A DNA stretch of 64,000 nt from Haliotis rubra. Its lineage: Eukaryota. The translations under genes and the position numbers were made by a program. Positions 37,721 to 47,899 of the stretch are shown here, piece after piece. Where the stretch lies: assembly GCF_003918875.1 (NCBI RefSeq), contig NW_025767080.1, forward strand, positions 2,108,001 through 2,172,000. The letters run 5' to 3'. The notes under the pieces are model-generated. The model was not told the origin of the DNA. It made no database searches and saw nothing but the letters and a program-made list of their open reading frames with translations. The first letter of the stretch is position 1; every line of letters starts with the position of its first letter.

Positions 37721-38959
37721 ACATCTTGTCGACGTTTTGCACCCTTACAATTAACACGTCCTGTTTATTCCATGTTACAGTCGTTTCACTGTTCAGTACC
37801 ATCACTCGAGGTGTATTGCTGAAATCATCTGTTATTTACGATTATCTATCCCTTACTTATTCTGTAGAGTATACATCAAACCATGTTAACTGAATGTTTA
37901 TGTTGAGATATAATACACCACCTTACCAAACATAGGTGTAGTGCTGCCCAACTAAGAAACAGGACAGGTATGTGTAGGTGTGTAGGTGTGTGTAGATGTG
38001 CCTAGATCACTGTAGGTCTGTGTAGGTCCTGTTGGTTTTTCTAAGGTCATGGTGAGTCCTTGCAGTCCCCGATAGGTCAGGGTAGGTCAGTGTGGGTACT
38101 TATGGTTCTGTTCAGATCCGCGCTGTCGAAAATGTTCCCGATGTTGTAATCTCATATGATGCAGACAGTTCAGGCTGTGTGTCTAACAGTCGAAATTGCT
38201 GTCTTGATGTTACCCTGATGGTGTTGTGAGTGTGCTATGGAAGCGTTGCTGTATTCCAGCTGTATGCATTTATCCACAAATGCTCTGATACCTTAGTGAA
38301 GACGTTAGAACTTAGATAATATCAAATTTCCCTCCCTGCTGACACCTACTCTGATAGAGACCAGATTGTATGCTGGTGACTTCCGGAACTATCTCTGCGC
38401 TAAAAGCAGTTGGTAATGGTTGCTGTCGTTTTTCCTTTTCTTCTCAGTGTACGCTTTATGAGATTCTTTGGGCGTCAAGTTGATATGACTGGTGTTGTCG
38501 AAACCATATCACATTAGAGGAAATTACTTAGAGAATAACATATCAGCTTCGCGTGATTATAGATTATCTGTCCTGAGCAATGTCATTATTGTACAGACGA
38601 GATGATAATCCCTAATTCATTGTTGCTCGAAGCATTTCCTGTATACTTCCAGTTCTTTTCTGAGAACATGTAGAAAAAAGTGTGTTTTACATAAATCCTT
38701 TCTGATATCATGAAAAGAAGTTCTTCAGTTTGATCTTAATTGCTCGCATAAATTTGGCATAGACTTCAAACTGTGAAGCATGGAATGCGGGAGAAGGACA
38801 TATAGTGTATAAAGGATTGGTTTAGGGGAATTAACTCGATTCCAGTAACAAACGCATCTCAACCGTAACTTCGAAAGTTTAGATCGTTTACAATAATAGT
38901 GGGAACAATATGTCTGATTGAAGATGATTAAAGCTTGACTCCACGAGGGCCATACAGTG

Positions 38960-39260
38960 TCGTTTGCTCCTTGTATTATCGTCTACTCCTCGTATTGTCG
39001 TCTACTCGTATTATCGTCTGCGCCCCGTAGTGTCGTCTGCCTCCGTATTGACGCTCAATTTACTGTTGTCTGTTCGCCGTTTTGTCATCTACTCCACGTA
39101 TGATCGTCTCCTCTCCGGAGTGTTGTCTGCGTCCGAATTACCGTCTGCACCCTGTACTGTCATCTGCCCCAGTATTTTCGTCTGCTCGTCGTGTGGTCGT
39201 CTGCTCTGCTTACTGATCTCGCTATTGTCTCGTACAGACTTACTCATATTGAATCTTTTG
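38960..39260. repeat. Degenerate ~20-bp tandem repeat (TCGTCT-C-C...GTATT)
   Basis: Recurring TCGTCTACTC / TCGTCTGC motifs at roughly 20-bp spacing. Confidence 0.65.
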
Positions 39261-40103
39261 CTTTCACTGATTCAGTGAGTTTCTTTCAAACGAGTCGCGT
39301 CCTCTGATCGCCGGCTATCCCGCTGCATGTGATCCCTTTTCTCGCTGCATGTAATTAACAACCGACTGGAAATAATCGATGCCAATAGTTTGATCTTCAT
39401 TTAATAGCTATATTACAGCCTTCTTGTAAAGGTATGGTTAACGTTTCATGTAGCACTGTATCAGTGTTCAATATTTTATGAGTCTCAAAAGTGTTTCTCC
39501 CGAAGAGAAGGGATCATTTTGACAAAAGTCTTCAATACCTGCGATTTGTGTATATTAAATGAAACAGCATGTGTGGCTAGCAAAACGTAGATCGTATGCA
39601 TTATTTATGTCCTGGTTGATGGAGATGTCGTTGTGGGAGATGATTGATGTAGTTGCTGGTGTACATGTAGCTGATGAGGATGTCTATAGAAGTTTCAGCA
39701 GACAGTATCAGTGTATTCGGGTCAGGAAAGGGGTTTGTTTTCTTTAAGAAACTGGCTTGTTATTGATAACTTTCGCAAAGGTGAATAATTTGATAATGTT
39801 AATTCTGGCTCAAGCCTTTCAGACGATCTTGTTGGAATTGTCTGTAGTAAAAAATACACCATTCTCTTAATCCGGAACTGGTTAGACGGCTAAGTTTCTC
39901 TGGAAAACATGCCCGTGTGTGTTATGTGTTTCAGATGTGACAAGCCGTGTAATCTGGTATGTGTTTTATGGCGTACAATAGATAAGAGCGTATAATCATC
40001 TTTACGGGGTGGTTTACACTGAATATAGAGTCACACCAAAGTCTGTACATTAGGAAGCTCATATTGCTGTCAACAGTGAGGTCAGAGTGTACACAGACAT
40101 TAA

Positions 40104-40231
40104 CGCTGACTTCGTGTACTTGAGATGAGGTGCCTGAGAATGTGGGTTCGAATCCCGGATTGGACTCAACCCAACAAAAGTACTGAAATCTGTACTGTAC
40201 TGTGAAGTGTAACCTCAAATATATCATATGT
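40104..40231 (+). mobile_element. Family-D SINE, 5'-degraded
   Basis: AGGTGCCTGA...GTGGGTTCGAATCCCGGATTGGACTCAACCCAA...AAAGTACT...CATATGT homologous to 54278. Confidence 0.8.
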
Positions 40232-40287
40232 GTACTTTGTTACAACAGCCACAGGACCACAATTTAACATTGTGTACATGAATTATA

Positions 40288-41744
40288 TACTAGGCACAAA
40301 AAGAAACTGTGCATACAAAAATCTAAACTTATCAAACCTGTGTAGACACATAAGGATTTAAACTCAGCGATTAGTGACATGTATCCAACATGCATGCACG
40401 TGCCACGTTCCGTGACGTCAGTGGGTTCGTCCTTGAGACGTGCAATACGTTGTTGCACGTGCATTCCGGGAAAGAGAAACAGAGCAAATGAATGCCACAC
40501 AATACTTTCACTTTGGAAAGCTCAACCCCTGCCCTTGCGATCGTTCAAAAAATTAAACGGCTATTGAAACGCATAGCATACCAAGGCTCACGTCTGCACA
40601 ACGTCATGAGGCCATTGGCATGGTCCGTGGGGGAATGTCTCAACGACAAGTAGCTGCACATTTCCACTGCCACCGGAACACCATTACTGCACTGGTGAGA
40701 CGCTACCAGAACACAAATGACGTCATCGATCGGCCACGTTCTGGACGTCCACGTGTAACAACGCCAACACAGGACATATGGATAAGGGTGACCCATCTTC
40801 GCCACAGGTTTCAGACTGCAGTGATGACTGCCCGAACCATCCCAGGACTTCGCCGTATCCACCCCAACACAGTTTGACAACCTGACACAACGTCATCGAC
40901 AAGCTCGCCGAATGTGGTGCCGAAATCATGTCCGCAGACCCTTCTTTTTGGTGGAGAGATGTTGTTTTTACAGATGAGTCCAGGTTTAACATTTCCCATA
41001 GTGATGGACGTCAACGTGCCTATAGACGCGTGGGAGAACGTTATGCACAGGCCTGTGTCTTGGAGAGGAATCGCTTTGGTGGTGGTTCCGTGATGATTTG
41101 GGGTGGAATAACAGCACGCCAAAGAACTCCTTTGGTGATTGTTCAGGGCAACTTAACTGGTGTGGGCTACAGGGATCAGATTCTTCGACCTGTGGCAATT
41201 CCTTTTTCTGCAACGTCATGGCCCTGGGTTAACATTCCAACAGGACAATGCCCGCCCTCATACGGCAAGGGTTGCTATGGATTTCTTGCAACACCACAAC
41301 GTTGACTTACTGCCTTGGCCTGCAAATTCACCGAATCTCTCCCCGATAGAGCATGTTTTGGACGAGATGGGTCGACGTCTACGCCGATTTCCTCATCCGC
41401 CAGATAACGTCCTTGACCTTGCAACAGAACTTTAGAGAATCTGGCGTGACATCCCACCAGCCTTCATTGCACGTTTGATATGCTCTATGCGTCGTCGATG
41501 CACTGCTGTTCTCAATGCCGATGGTGGACATACCCGTTATTGAGCTTGTGACATGGTCGTTTGACCCCTGTCCCGCTTGTGGACTCGTGGCGTCATTGTG
41601 ATTGACTTTTCAATTGAAATTCTCCCGACTTGTTATGGTCTCATGATCCCTCCATTAAAGTTTATATGTACCTTTGACATCGTTATCGTACTTATCAACT
41701 GGGATAATATTTTGACAATGAGCAGTTTCTTTATGTGGCTAGTA
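40288..41744 (+). mobile_element. Near full-length Tc1 DNA transposon (DD34E), inactive
   Basis: TIRs TACTAGGCACAAAAAGAAACTG / CAGTTTCTTTATGTGGCTAGTA (2 mismatches) flanked by TA; internal transposase pseudogene. Confidence 0.93.
40578..41543 (+). pseudogene. Tc1 transposase pseudogene
   Basis: Start ATG>ATA (PRLTSAQRHEAIGM...), DRPRSGRPR linker, FTDES, QQDNARPH, SPNLSPIE (34 residues between second D and E), GGHTRY*; broken by stops, a deletion and frameshifts. Confidence 0.93.
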
Positions 41745-42257
41745 TATATATACAGTGGCATATAAGAGCATGGTAACAATATATATTTATTGTGTATACA
41801 GTGGCCAAAACAGAGTGCATGGTAACAATTTGCAGTACAGTCTCTGTGCAAACCTAGTAAATCATCGTATTCAGAGATTGCTTTGACAGCCTTGAGTCCA
41901 TAATGCTTTCTGGCATTTTCCCACAATCCTAGCGACTTCGTCGACAAGGTGGGCGTTTTAAGGTCGAACAACACAGACTGCCAAGATGGAACAGGTGTTG
42001 TTGGGTCCTAGCTAATGGTTATAAAAACAGGTTATTGTTTATATAAAGTCGTTAACATGCTGGGGGGCCTCTAAAACACATCAATCGTGTGAGTGGGCGC
42101 TCCCAGACAGATATAATTGCAGACAGATGATGTTAGCGGTTACTCGATAAGACCCGAGATGGGTTACACGGTCATTGCTTAAGCTGGGAAAAGTAAGTGT
42201 TCTCATGAAAATTATGTTATAAAGTTTGTTACTGATCTGAAGAGAAGGTCTAGTTTA

Positions 42258-42380
42258 TTAGCAGTATTCAACGGCGGTGGACACTAGAAATGGGCTTTTC
42301 GCAGTGTGCCCATGAGGGGAATCGAACCAAGGTCTTTGGCGTAACGAGCTAACGCTTAAACCACTCTAACCCAGCTGCCG
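42258..42380 (-). mobile_element. Decayed family-B SINE
   Basis: Reverse complement of the family-B head and body (GGGGAATCGAACC, GGCGTAACGAGC, AGAAATGGGCTT). Confidence 0.75.
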
Positions 42381-42849
42381 TGAATGAGTGAGTGAGCAAG
42401 TGGAGTCCAGTTACATGGTGGTAGCACTGTTGCATACATACGTCGACGAGCACATATTATGAACGAAACACCCCCAAAACAGAGATTGACATGCAACTAC
42501 ACACAATTGTACAATTGGTGTTCCTTAAAGCGCTACAAGCAGGTTAATCAAAGTGATAGTAAATAATACAGTTGTGTATGATCTGGTTTAATAAATACAA
42601 GGTATTGTGTCAATATGGGTTCCGCTTTGATCATATGTTGAAGATACATCGCGAAAAGAGTCCGTGTTAAGCAGATTCCGCTGTATGTTACACCGTGTGC
42701 CATATTGTTAGCTATGTTTTTCGTCTTTGAAACAGAATTTCGACGAAATGAATGTCACAGGAACAAGCATTTAATTTGCTATTTTTATTGCCAAGCAACC
42801 CCTTCTTGTGTGACTTCAACGACCATCTTCTACATTTTTGTTAAGAAAC

Positions 42850-43170
42850 CATTAGAGGTGGCCATCGATCAATCAACGGTGTCACGACGGGTTTCACGCT
42901 TTGTACACGACACCGCTGTTACAACGAACACACAACACCTCGACTGAACAGAACATTCAAAAGAAGGAAACTTGCTCGAAACAGTTATTACAGCACAGTC
43001 AGTCGCATGCTGACAGTATGGATATATTTAAAGTGAATAGAGTGAAGAATATTCTACTTGAAGTATCCATGATCTGTCCCTCATGAATTGACGTTGAACG
43101 ACCCCGTCGAAACTCCAGCCTGCAACAATACTTGCCTCGCAACAGACACTGCGTATTACATTATCTGTGG
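42850..43170 (+). pseudogene. Possible Harbinger-type transposase remnant
   Basis: IDQSTVSRRVSRFV and LATDTAY resemble the 'SQSTVSR' and 'GDxAY' motifs; very degraded. Confidence 0.3.
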
Positions 43171-43813
43171 TCTGTTTCACAGAATCTGCTTGTGGTTTTT
43201 CAATCGCACGGATAATGTATTAAGCAAGATTGAACTAACCTATGTTGACAAAATGATATGTAATCCTCATGACGGTCACGTGAGCTAAATCCGTTTGTCT
43301 ATCTTGTTAACATCTGTGTCAATCCAATTGGTTTAAAATGGTATTTATACACGGTCAGGTCCCTTGTGTTTCCCTTATGACAAGGCATCTGTGTTTTCAG
43401 CAATGACCATGTTAAAAATAGGTTTGTGCAGGTGCTTCGAGACCGATTCTTGGTTAATGTGGTTATTTTTGTTACGTTTCCCCAGAAAATTAACACTGGC
43501 AGTACTATCTCGAGTATATCAATCCTAGATTAGCAGAAGAATAACTTTCAGGGTTATAGTCGGGGACTATCACTAAGAGTTAAATAAGAAAATGGGTGTA
43601 AACCAGCGCTTATTTTCCAGATCATTTCACGAAAAAACATAGTTTTACCAGTGGCAATTGCAACACTGACAACACAGCATAGACGTATTGGAAGAATTTC
43701 AGTCAAAGAGAAGGCATATGTTTTCTTAATGTATTCGAACTTCTATCTTTTTTAACTCCACACTGAAATAGAATGAATTTGAGATGTCGCTGTGCCTTTG
43801 CCTGTGGCATGTG

Positions 43814-43972
43814 GGGGCGGTGGGGTAGCCTAGTGGTTAAAGCGTTGGCTCGTCACGCCGAAGACCCGGGTTCGATTCCCCACATGGGCACAATGTGTTA
43901 AGCCCATTTCTGGTGTCCCCCGCCGTGATATTGCTGGAATATTGCTAAAAGCGGCGTAAAACTAAACTCAGT
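43814..43972 (+). mobile_element. Full-length family-B SINE
   Basis: A box TAGCCTAGTGG, B box GGTTCGATTCC; TSD CTGTG(G/A)CATGTG at 43802-43813 and 43973-43984. Confidence 0.93.
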
Positions 43973-44017
43973 CTGTGACATGTGACAGAGTAACACTTTC
44001 ACACTACCTGCATCATA

Positions 44018-44235
44018 AACTGACGTTCAAAAGAAAGTACACACCTGGTGTTTTGGGATTATTTGAAAAGTATTGTGATTTTGACTGGCAACTTCGCATC
44101 TGTGGTGTTTTGGCAACATATTAGGAAAGTCTGTGACTTTTATATCACTTTAAAAAATGATTTCAAAACATTTACGTCGCTTTTTTTAAAGTAATCCAAA
44201 AGCACCGGGTGTATACTTTCTTTTGTACGTCAGTG
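44018..44235. mobile_element. Tc1/mariner-type MITE
   Basis: ~50-bp TIRs (AACTGACGTTCAAAAGAAAGTACACACCTGGTG... / ...CACCGGGTGTATACTTTCTTTTGTACGTCAGTG), TA on both sides. Confidence 0.85.
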
Positions 44236-44440
44236 TATATTCAAATAGCTGTCAACCTTGCAGGACCTGTCCAAGGTTTCAAACTGCTGCCTTATGGCCC
44301 AGCTGGTTCCTTCATTGGAGAGAATCATAGTTTTGGCAGACATTTTTGTGCTCCATACAATACACTACAAGAACGATGATATACTGAGATGTAGTGAGAA
44401 TAAAGGAACAAGCCAGTGACCTCATGTTTTTTTGTTGCAG

Positions 44441-44516
44441 CTTTCTGGAGAGGATGTGACGAAATCTATAGAGAAACACATGGCGGGTTATCCTGAAATG
44501 GCTTGCCTATCGGTTG
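44441..44516 (+). CDS. Annexin gene 2 exon (end of repeat III)
   Basis: tgttgcag| LSGEDVTKSIEKHMAGYPEMACLSV(A) |gtaagt, 76 nt. Confidence 0.9.
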
Positions 44517-45041
44517 GTAAGTCAGCTATGGCTGTCACACCCGGGATAGTATTCATAAACTGAGGGGCAAAAGAATGCACCGACTTTTATTATGTAATGG
44601 AAACTTGAAAGACTTCCTGCAATAGTTTGTTTGTCAAATGTAATCCGTGGCTTGGCTATTTTGTGTAAACAGTGGTTTATTGAAGATTGAGGTATAGAAA
44701 GTCGGTGCAACGGACCAGCCAGTCCTGACTATATATCCCCCGAAACAAACCCAGGGGGGTTGTAAAGGGGAAATAGCTGTGACAGTTACATAAATAGGTC
44801 ACTGAAAATCAGTGATGACACCAGTGTTGATTTTTCAAGCTTAAGGCTTTTAAATAAAAGCAATATTTATCTAAAAATATTACGTAGAGATAGTCCTTGA
44901 TATCTGACTAATTCTTGGTTTGTGATAAAATCGGTTGAGAGATTTTATCTTTTCCCTAAGTTTATCTGCATCTGTATCTGTTTTCAACACTCCCTATCAA
45001 TCGGTATATTTGCATAGGTAACACTGCCACATTTATTACAG

Positions 45042-45154
45042 CGCGCTACCTTCAAAGCCCATATCTGTACACAGCGCACGTGCTGCACGAGGCAACCAGC
45101 GGCACCGGCACCAACGACAATCTATTGATGGCCGTCATCGTCGGCAGGTCAGAG
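45042..45154 (+). CDS. Annexin gene 2 penultimate exon (repeat IV)
   Basis: attacag| (A)RYLQSPYLYTAHVLHEATSGTGTNDNLLMAVIVGRSE |gtgagt, 113 nt, same length and phases as exon 1866-1978. Confidence 0.94.
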
Positions 45155-46141
45155 GTGAGTTGACCCAAAAGTGAGTGAGTGAGTTTGGTTTCACGCCGCT
45201 TTTAGCAATATCAAAAATGAATCCCTACCCTTTAGTATATCTCCACAAACACTACTACATACTACACTACTTATATCATACATGTACTCTTATAACATTC
45301 AGTACCTATCGGACATGTACCTATGGGTATTGTGCGTGGAATGCTTTGGTCAAACGAGAGTCGTAACGGTGACTGATACTATAGATCGTGGGGTAAACGC
45401 TGACCTTGAATTCAAGTGGAGGGAAAAAAGCTCATAATATCAAAGACTTGTTTGAATGGATTCGACTTGATTATAGAGCTGTGATAGAGCTGATATTATG
45501 CTGTCAAAGATGTAAAATATCACATACATATCGACTTTTGTCTGTTTACTTCACAATTGTATGCACTCGTGTGAAATCAAATTGTCGCAAGGGTATGCCT
45601 TTGGTGTTGGACGATACTGACTCCAACATGGCGTATTCAGACTTACACTGCACTTTAGTTGTACGTGCCTTCAAACTACTCGTGGAAGCACTTACTTCGA
45701 AAACCTGTTTACTTACGAGCTCGTACACCGTCATTAAAGAACAGTATTCTGGACAAAGAAAACATTCTTTGGCCAAAGAAATTTAATGTCATTGCCTTTT
45801 TTTCGTGCGATAGATAATATTGAAGAACATGCACTGTTTCACTGATCATATATGACCTTATCGTTTATCATTAATCATTCATAAGAAATATGATATGTTT
45901 TTCTTTCATTTATCAGTCTGCTCCTTAATATAGACGCATCAGGTATCAATTTCGAGTGACCTGATTATTATATCCATAAAACGATCAAAGACCTTTCTAA
46001 AGATGAAGCTCTTGTGCCACGTGTCGGAAAGATTGTCGAAGCCGATGAAACTAGTCTAACCAAGTTACAATAATCATTGTCACACAACTAATAATGCAAG
46101 CAGCATATATTGATACAATTAAACTTGATTATCTTTAACAG

Positions 46142-46270
46142 ATCGACCTGGTAAACATCATGATGGCCTACAAAGCTATCTTTAAGAAGTCCCTGGAAGA
46201 TGTCGTGCAGAGCGAGTGCAGTGGAGATTACCGGAAGCTGCTGTCCGCCATTTTGAAATATCAATCTTGA
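46142..46270 (+). CDS. Annexin gene 2 last coding exon
   Basis: tttaacag| IDLVNIMMAYKAIFKKSLEDVVQSECSGDYRKLLSAILKYQS-TGA. Confidence 0.94.
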   Translation: MDLVNIMMAYKAIFKKSLEDVVQSECSGDYRKLLSAILKYQS

Positions 46271-47169
46271 CTTGCGAAATATCCCGGATGTAGCATTCCC
46301 CATCTGCAAAGACGCTAAATGAAAGACGACAACTCTGTAAGATATGCTGGATCACATGTGCCCTATATAAGCACATTACTGAAAGCGTCAATTTTATATT
46401 TACTTAGTATCAAAGAACGTATCGTATGGCGTTCAGATTCATTAGGGGAAATGTAGCGCATGTTTCTGTGAAAAACAACCACGAAGTCATCTGTCTAATG
46501 GGTTTTCCATTAAAAGCTAATACTGAAGCACATACAACAGCATCATGTTCCGAGAAACATCGATTTTGTGTAAAAATATCTCGAAGAAAAGCATTACTTC
46601 TAAGCAAAATAGCGAAATATATTGATATTACTGATTTGAATCCTTTTACTGAAATATGTTTATAATCACAGGCCAGTGTTTACTCATTTGTTTGTTTATT
46701 CCATCGTTGAAGTATATTTGTTTCATATTTCTCGGTATGTATGTACATAGAAACAGATTAAATGAAGTCAGTCGGTATAACCATATGACCTTTTCTGCCA
46801 GATTGAAATTGAATTTTTATAATATTTCATTCAGGTACATGGATGAAATATATCAGGTTATATTGTAGCGGATTAACAGCTCATGTGGATTCGGGGTCGC
46901 CCACCCAAACATTTATATTCTTGATCCGTTGATACTGTTTGATACCGTCTGTTCGTCTGAAGGTTGGAGCACACATTTCCTCACCCTCGGTTTACCCGCA
47001 TCCGTTACACAATGTATATCGATTAAAGGATTTAATGCCTAACTGACGTCAAATGTATAAAGAGACCCTTAGTAATTGAAATATGTACTACCGACAAAAG
47101 GGGGACTGATGAAATGATAATGAAGGTGTAATAACAAAAGAGGTCTGTAAAATATATTTCGGGCGCGTT

Positions 47170-47520
47170 GATCAATGTCTGGTGCGTCCATCATGATGGG
47201 CAAGACATGTAGGACACATTGATGGTATGGTGTTGATTAACTTGCATTGGCGCCATTGGCGTAACATGATGAGCTTCACAAGCTGGGCAACGTCGGTCGC
47301 TCTCTGGCGTACCCTCTCGGGTGACCTGCCAGAGGACACTCCGGAGATAACAATTGAAAACCTGGGCCGATGTGGCCTGGAATTGCCGTCGTCTTACAGT
47401 ACAGAATTTCTGCTGATAATGCTAGCGAATAGGACAACGACACGGCGCACAGTTTCGTCAACGTAGCGGTTGAAAGACAAATGTCCTCACCAGTTCGCCT
47501 TTCGCCTACCTGATTGTGCG
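47170..47520 (-). pseudogene. Decayed Tc1 transposase C-terminal remnant
   Basis: Minus strand RYVDETVRRVVVLF...DDGNSRPHR...HDGRTRH*, parallel to Tc1 'YRDxILRP...DNARPH...GGHTRY*'. Confidence 0.6.
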
Positions 47521-47576
47521 GGAGTATCTACTGATAACAGGTGATTTGATTAAATTGCCTAGTGTAAACAATGTAC

Positions 47577-47899
47577 AGGACCGTTCATAATTTATGGCTA
47601 GTGGGGGTGATGATGACCTTTATGGAGAAGCATGTACAATGTGAGTGACTCCCCCCTAAAATTTATGTACAAAGTAAGTGACTCCCCTCCGTGTCATGTA
47701 CAAATCAATGTCCCCGTCCCCTTCCCATATTTTTTAAGCATAATGTTTTAATATTCCATGTACAAAATTGCTGCCCCCTCCCTAGTACATGTGTACGATA
47801 TTGATGACCCCTCTACCTCCCCAGAACAAAATGATCCCCCCCACCGCAACCCCCATTAAAATCATCATCACCCCCTAGCCATAAATTATGAACGGTCCC
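47577..47899. mobile_element. MITE, PIF/Harbinger-like, with internal CATGTACAAA...CCCC repeats
   Basis: ~40-bp TIRs GGACCGTTCATAATTTATGGCTAG(T)GGGGGTGATGATGA / TCATCATCACCCCCTAGCCATAAATTATGAACGGTCCC. Confidence 0.88.

Larger units (their letters stand above)
12072..46270 (+). other. Annexin gene 2 (span of identified coding exons; true start lies upstream)
   Basis: Ten GT-AG exons with compatible phases assemble into an N-terminal tail plus four annexin repeats and a stop. Confidence 0.9.

Noticed and set aside
38280-39900. Possible decayed minus-strand LINE (also 7380-7980, 20780-21330, 24000-24460, 25350-25850)
   Set aside because: Composition suggests old retroelement sequence, but I could not recover diagnostic motifs, so no call is made
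45406-45786. 126-aa ORF in the last intron of annexin 2
   Set aside because: TTG start, no recognisable domain; probably chance or an unidentifiable TE relic
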